Shown piece by piece: positions 53,025 to 56,749 of a stretch of 56,749 bases of DNA. Every line of letters begins with the position of its first letter. Position 1 is the stretch's first letter. The stretch comes from a bacterium (GTDB lineage: Bacteria; Sysuimicrobiota; Sysuimicrobiia; Sysuimicrobiales; Segetimicrobiaceae). The translations under genes were made by a program, and so were the position numbers. The stretch lies in NCBI GenBank assembly GCA_035279545.1, contig DATEHM010000235.1, forward strand, positions 1 to 56,749. The letters run 5' to 3'. The notes beneath the pieces were generated by a model, which saw nothing but the letters and a program-made list of their open reading frames with translations, was not told where the DNA came from and searched no databases.

Positions 53025-54779
53025 GTGAGCGGGGACCCCGGCGCACACACACCGGATGCTCTCGCCAGGACGGGTGCTTCGGGGACGCACACGGTGCGAT
53101 CGCTCTCGGTCATCGTGCCCACCTATAATGAGGCGGAGACCATCGGCCGGCTCATCGCCCGCATCACCGGGGCGCTCGCCGCCCTCGACTATGAACTGGT
53201 GGTCGTGGACGACAGCGTCGACGGGACGGACAGGATCCTGGCGGAATTGGCGGCGGCGGTGCCGGTGCTGCGCGTCCTCCATCGGGACAGGCGAGGCGGC
53301 CTCGCCTCCGCGGTGATCGACGGCATCAACACCGCCCGCGGCGACGTGGTGTGCGTGCTCGATGCCGACCTGCAGCACCCTCCCGAAGTCTTGCCGAGGC
53401 TCTATCGGGCCCTCCAGGAGACCGACGCGGATCTGGCGATTGGGAGCCGGTACATCCCGGGGGGACGCTATGACTTTTCCCTGCCGCGGCGGGTCATCTC
53501 CCGCGTGGCCATCGCCCTGGCCCAGGCCCTGCTGCCCCGGGCACGCGCCGTGTCGGATCCGGTGTCGGGATTCTTTGCGTTCCGGCGCCGGGCCGTGGAG
53601 GACGTGCGGCTGCGGCCGCTGGGATTCAAGATCCTCCTGGAGATCCTGATCCGAGGGCACATCTCGCGGATCGTGGAGGTCCCGTACCATTTCGTGAACC
53701 GGGGCGCCGGGGAGAGCAAACTGACGATGGCCCAGAACTGGGAGTACCTGCGGCACCTGGCGCGACTCCATAGAGAGCTCCCCTCCAGCGGGGCCGTCGA
53801 GTGCATCGTCTTCCACCAAGATCCAGAACCCAAACCCCCGCCGGACGAGGAGCTCGCCCGGCGGGGGGCAGCGAAACGCCGGGAGTTCGTCCGGTATCTC
53901 GAGGAAGGGCCCCTCCCCGCAGTCCGGATCGCGCAGGGGATCGGCCGCGCCGTGTCTCCCCAGCTTTCCGTGATCATCCCGATGGCGAACGCGAGCCGCG
54001 CCGCCACCCTGGAACGGCTGCTGCAGCAGCTCACGGCGCAGCGCTTCCAGGAGTTCGAGGTGATCATCGTGCAGGGCGACCGACGTCAGGGGCGGGCGAT
54101 CAACACGGGCGCAGCGATCGCGCGCGGGAGCATCCTCGTGACCATGGACGATGACACTCAGCTCGGCGACAACGTCGTCCTCGAAGCACTGGTCAGGGCG
54201 CTGGAGCAGGACCGCACGATCGGGATCGCGGGAGTCCCCAATCAGATTCCGTCAGACGCCCCCCCCTTGGCCCAACGGGCGCTTCGCGAGCTTCCCCGGC
54301 GGAGTTCCCCTATGGTGGAAACCATCACCGACAGCGATCTGGCCGAGCACCCCTGCCTGGCGATCCGCAAGGAGCTCTTCTATCGCCTCGGCGGGGAACA
54401 CGAGCAGATCCCCCGCGGGCTCGACCCGTACCTGCGTCGCGAAGTGCGCCGCCTCGCCTACCGGGTGGTCGTCATCCCCGGAACCTCGATCCATCATCTC
54501 CTGCCCGCGACCTTTTGGGGAATCCTGTGCCAGTACTTCCGGAATGGCATGGGCGCGGCGTACGTGGCGAAGTTCTACCCTAGGTTTGTGATCGAACAGA
54601 CCGTCGCCCACGGCGAGGCCGTGCGCCCCAAGACCTCGCTCGCCCGCCGCGCCGGCCGCTATCTTGCGCACCTGGCAAGTGCCCTCGCATCACGTCGGTG
54701 GATCTATCTGGGGACGCTTGCCGCGTACGCGGCGGGGTACGGTTGGGGCCTGCTCAGTCTTCGCAGGGATTCGCTCTAA
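53025..54779 (+). CDS. Fused double GT2: Dpm1-like polyprenol-phosphate glycosyl synthase domain + second GT2 domain + C-terminal TM
   Basis: Domain 1 motifs: LSVIVPTYNEAETI, VVVDDSVDGT, LDADLQHPP, GSRYIPGG and SDPVSGFFAFRR. Domain 2 motifs: LSVIIPMANASRAATL, VIIVQGD and TMDDDT. The C-terminus is hydrophobic. Confidence 0.8.
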   Translation: MSGDPGAHTPDALARTGASGTHTVRSLSVIVPTYNEAETIGRLIARITGALAALDYELVVVDDSVDGTDRILAELAAAVPVLRVLHRDRRGGLASAVIDGINTARGDVVCVLDADLQHPPEVLPRLYRALQETDADLAIGSRYIPGGRYDFSLPRRVISRVAIALAQALLPRARAVSDPVSGFFAFRRRAVEDVRLRPLGFKILLEILIRGHISRIVEVPYHFVNRGAGESKLTMAQNWEYLRHLARLHRELPSSGAVECIVFHQDPEPKPPPDEELARRGAAKRREFVRYLEEGPLPAVRIAQGIGRAVSPQLSVIIPMANASRAATLERLLQQLTAQRFQEFEVIIVQGDRRQGRAINTGAAIARGSILVTMDDDTQLGDNVVLEALVRALEQDRTIGIAGVPNQIPSDAPPLAQRALRELPRRSSPMVETITDSDLAEHPCLAIRKELFYRLGGEHEQIPRGLDPYLRREVRRLAYRVVVIPGTSIHHLLPATFWGILCQYFRNGMGAAYVAKFYPRFVIEQTVAHGEAVRPKTSLARRAGRYLAHLASALASRRWIYLGTLAAYAAGYGWGLLSLRRDSL

Positions 54780-54960
54780 GGACACCCCGCCGTCGGGGCC
54801 ACCAGCCTCCGAGTCAGCCTAACGCCCCCGCCGCCTTCGCCACACGTGCATCTATCCATACGGATGAGCGCTTTCCATCGATCGAAGGGTACACGCCCGC
54901 GCGCGGGAGCGGTAAGGTGAAGTGGAATGGACATCCCACCGGCTTCCGAGAGTGATACGC

Positions 54961-55980
54961 ATGAAGAGCTTGGTCACTGGCGGTGCAGGCTTCATCGGAT
55001 CGCACCTCGTCGACGCCCTTCTGTCGCGCGGCGACGAGGTGTGGGCGCTCGATAACCTCTCCACCGGGCGGACCGACAATATCGCCCACCTCAGCACCAA
55101 CCCGCGGTTCAAGTTCGTGACGGGATCCATCCTGGATGCCCGGATCGTTCGGGAGGCGGTCGCCGCGTGCGACACCGTTTACCATTTGGCCGCCGCGGTC
55201 GGCGTCAGATACATCGTGACCGACCCCCTCCGGGGCATCGTGACCAACGTGCAGGGAACCGAGAACGTCCTGGAGGCCGCCTACCTCCACCGCCGGAAGA
55301 TCGTCCTCGCCTCCTCCTCGGAGGTGTACGGCAAGAGCACCAGCGCCCCGCTTCGGGAAGACGACGATCGTGTGCTCGGTCCCACCACGATCAATCGGTG
55401 GTCGTACTCGTCGTCAAAGGCGATCGATGAACACTTCGCGTTCGCGTACGCGGCGAAGGGCCTCTCCGTGGTCGTGCTGCGGTTCTTCAACTCCTACGGG
55501 CCGCGGATCCACTCAAACGGGTACGGCACCGTCATCGCTCGATTTGTGCGGCAGGCCCTCAGCGGGGAGCCGATGACCGTCCACGGCGACGGCCGGCAGA
55601 CCCGTTGCTTCACCCACGTCGCCGACACCGTGCGGGGCATTGTGGCGGCGGGGGACACCCCCCGGGCGAACGGTCAGGTCTTCAACATCGGCAGCACGCA
55701 CGAGATCTCCGTGCTCGAGCTGGCCCACATCATCAAGTCGTTGTGCGGGTCGTCGTCGCCGGTCGGCCTGGTGCCCTACGAAGACTACTACGGGCAGAGC
55801 TTTGAGGACACCCGCCGGCGGGTTCCCGACATCACGCGGGCGAGCGAGATCCTGGGCTTCCAGCCGCGCGTGCCGCTCGAGCAGGGGCTGCGCCAGACCA
55901 TCGCCTGGTGTCGGGAACACGACTTCGTCACGCTGGAGGCGACCTCTCCGCTCTATCCCCAGGGCATTCCGGTTCCATGA
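54961..55980 (+). CDS. NAD-dependent epimerase/dehydratase (UXS/ArnA-C-terminal-like SDR)
   Basis: Motifs MKSLVTGGAGFIGSHL, SSSEVYG and YSSSK. The start is trimmed to ATG 54961. Confidence 0.85.
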   Translation: MKSLVTGGAGFIGSHLVDALLSRGDEVWALDNLSTGRTDNIAHLSTNPRFKFVTGSILDARIVREAVAACDTVYHLAAAVGVRYIVTDPLRGIVTNVQGTENVLEAAYLHRRKIVLASSSEVYGKSTSAPLREDDDRVLGPTTINRWSYSSSKAIDEHFAFAYAAKGLSVVVLRFFNSYGPRIHSNGYGTVIARFVRQALSGEPMTVHGDGRQTRCFTHVADTVRGIVAAGDTPRANGQVFNIGSTHEISVLELAHIIKSLCGSSSPVGLVPYEDYYGQSFEDTRRRVPDITRASEILGFQPRVPLEQGLRQTIAWCREHDFVTLEATSPLYPQGIPVP

Positions 55981-56711
55981 TCGCTGCGATCCACCAACCG
56001 CATTACCTGCCATGGCTGCGCTACATGCATAAGCTCGGGTCGTGCGATGTCTTTGTGCTCCTCGACGACGTTCAGTTCACGAAGCACGGATGGCAGAATC
56101 GCAACAAGATCAAGGGCCCCAATGGGCCGCTGCTCCTGACCGTGCCCGTCCGCGACGCCACATTCCGGCCCATCGATGAGGTGGAGATCAACCCGGACGC
56201 GGTCTGGCGCGAGAAACACTGGAAGTCCATCCTGCTCAGCTATGGGAAGGCGCCATACTTTCGCCGGTTCCGCGACGCCTTTGAACACATCTATGCCGCG
56301 AACTGGGAAAATCTCGCCTCCCTCAACCTCCGGATTCTCGCGGAGCTCGTCCGAAGTTTCGGGATTCACACCCGCGTGGTGCGGAGTTCCGAACTCGGCG
56401 TTCCGGGCCAATCGACCGAACGCCTGGTCAACCTTTGCCGCCGGCTGGACGCGAGTCACTACCTGACCGGCACGTTCGCTGCGGGGAACCACCTGGACGT
56501 GGAGGCGTTTGCGGCCTCCGGGATCACGCTGAGCGTGCAGGCCTGGAAGGCCCCGGTGTACCGGCAGCAGTTTCCCGGGCAGGGTTTTATCTCCGACCTG
56601 TCCGCGGTCGATCTCCTGTTCAACGAGGGCCCGCGGAGTCTCGACATCATCATGAACTCGGGGGACCGGGACCAGACCCCGGCCGTTTCCCTGGGGCCGT
56701 CACTCGTCTAA
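55977..56711 (+). CDS. WbqC-like family protein
   Basis: Motifs MIAAIHQPHYLPWLRYMHKL, DDVQFTKHGWQNRNKI and YGKAPYF. ATGA overlap with the SDR gene. Confidence 0.75.
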   Translation: MIAAIHQPHYLPWLRYMHKLGSCDVFVLLDDVQFTKHGWQNRNKIKGPNGPLLLTVPVRDATFRPIDEVEINPDAVWREKHWKSILLSYGKAPYFRRFRDAFEHIYAANWENLASLNLRILAELVRSFGIHTRVVRSSELGVPGQSTERLVNLCRRLDASHYLTGTFAAGNHLDVEAFAASGITLSVQAWKAPVYRQQFPGQGFISDLSAVDLLFNEGPRSLDIIMNSGDRDQTPAVSLGPSLV

Positions 56712-56749
56712 GCTAGACGTCCGCCCCCCCATCAACCGCCGCCCCCCCC

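Noticed and set aside
1-56749. Scan for CRISPR arrays, tRNA/rRNA genes, transposases, integrases, phage genes, toxin-antitoxin or restriction-type defence genes
   Set aside because: I found no regularly spaced short repeats, no cloverleaf-like or rRNA-like segments, and no ORFs with transposase, integrase, nuclease or defence motifs. The only repeat found is the 155-nt-period pair at 26999-27242.

Overview
This is a visibly GC-rich bacterial window with a strong G/C third-position bias; I did not compute the GC value. Genes are densely packed on both strands. I see no rRNA, tRNA, CRISPR array, transposase or integrase.

Layout, left to right:
1. An ABC-2 exporter pair (270-2151, minus strand).
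2. A minus-strand thiamine salvage operon, thiZ-thiX-thiY-tenA-thiW-[HMA ORF]-thiM-thiE-thiL-thiD (9698 down to 2333). Most junctions overlap or sit within a few nt. It is preceded by a textbook TPP riboswitch and an intrinsic terminator (9715-9840).
3. A minus-strand block of SRPBCC, DegT aminotransferase, Gfo/Idh/MocA oxidoreductase and a PurM-like protein, then greA and a DRG-like GTPase.
4. A PEP-CTERM/exosortase exopolysaccharide locus (15838-26076). It holds two PEP-CTERM substrates, exosortase, EpsI, an MraY/WecA-like priming transferase, a large TPR protein, a PIG-L deacetylase and a second DegT.
5. Two divergent orphan LuxR-type response regulators, with a tandem direct repeat between them.
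6. A plus-strand glycan-assembly gene train of about 20 kb (28219-48859). It encodes an OPX export protein, a PCP/BY-kinase fusion, a sugar dehydrogenase, two GT-C/GT39-like enzymes, a Wzy/O-antigen-ligase-like protein, Wzm/Wzt, a PIG-L deacetylase, four GT4 and two GT2 enzymes, and a CapK-like adenylating enzyme.
7. A secreted CRTAC1/ASPIC-UnbV-like protein, rfbC, a long-form rmlA, a fused GT2-GT2 (Dpm1-like), an SDR epimerase/dehydratase and a WbqC-like protein.

Items most worth follow-up:
- A heavy-metal-associated (HMA) ORF inside the thiamine operon has an in-frame TGA exactly at the second Cys of CxxC, with a SECIS-like hairpin downstream.
- A PEP-CTERM precursor whose mature part is only about 15 residues long, with two Cys.
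- A BY-kinase domain whose Walker A Lys is replaced by Val, followed by a 226-aa Ala/Gly/His-rich extension after the Tyr cluster and one more TM helix.
- A 155-nt-period tandem repeat with anti-SD hairpins between the two LuxR regulators.
- Two GT39-like enzymes plus a Dpm1-like synthase next to the exosortase system. This suggests lipid-phosphate-sugar-dependent extracytoplasmic glycosylation.

All family assignments come from motif recognition by eye; no database search was possible.
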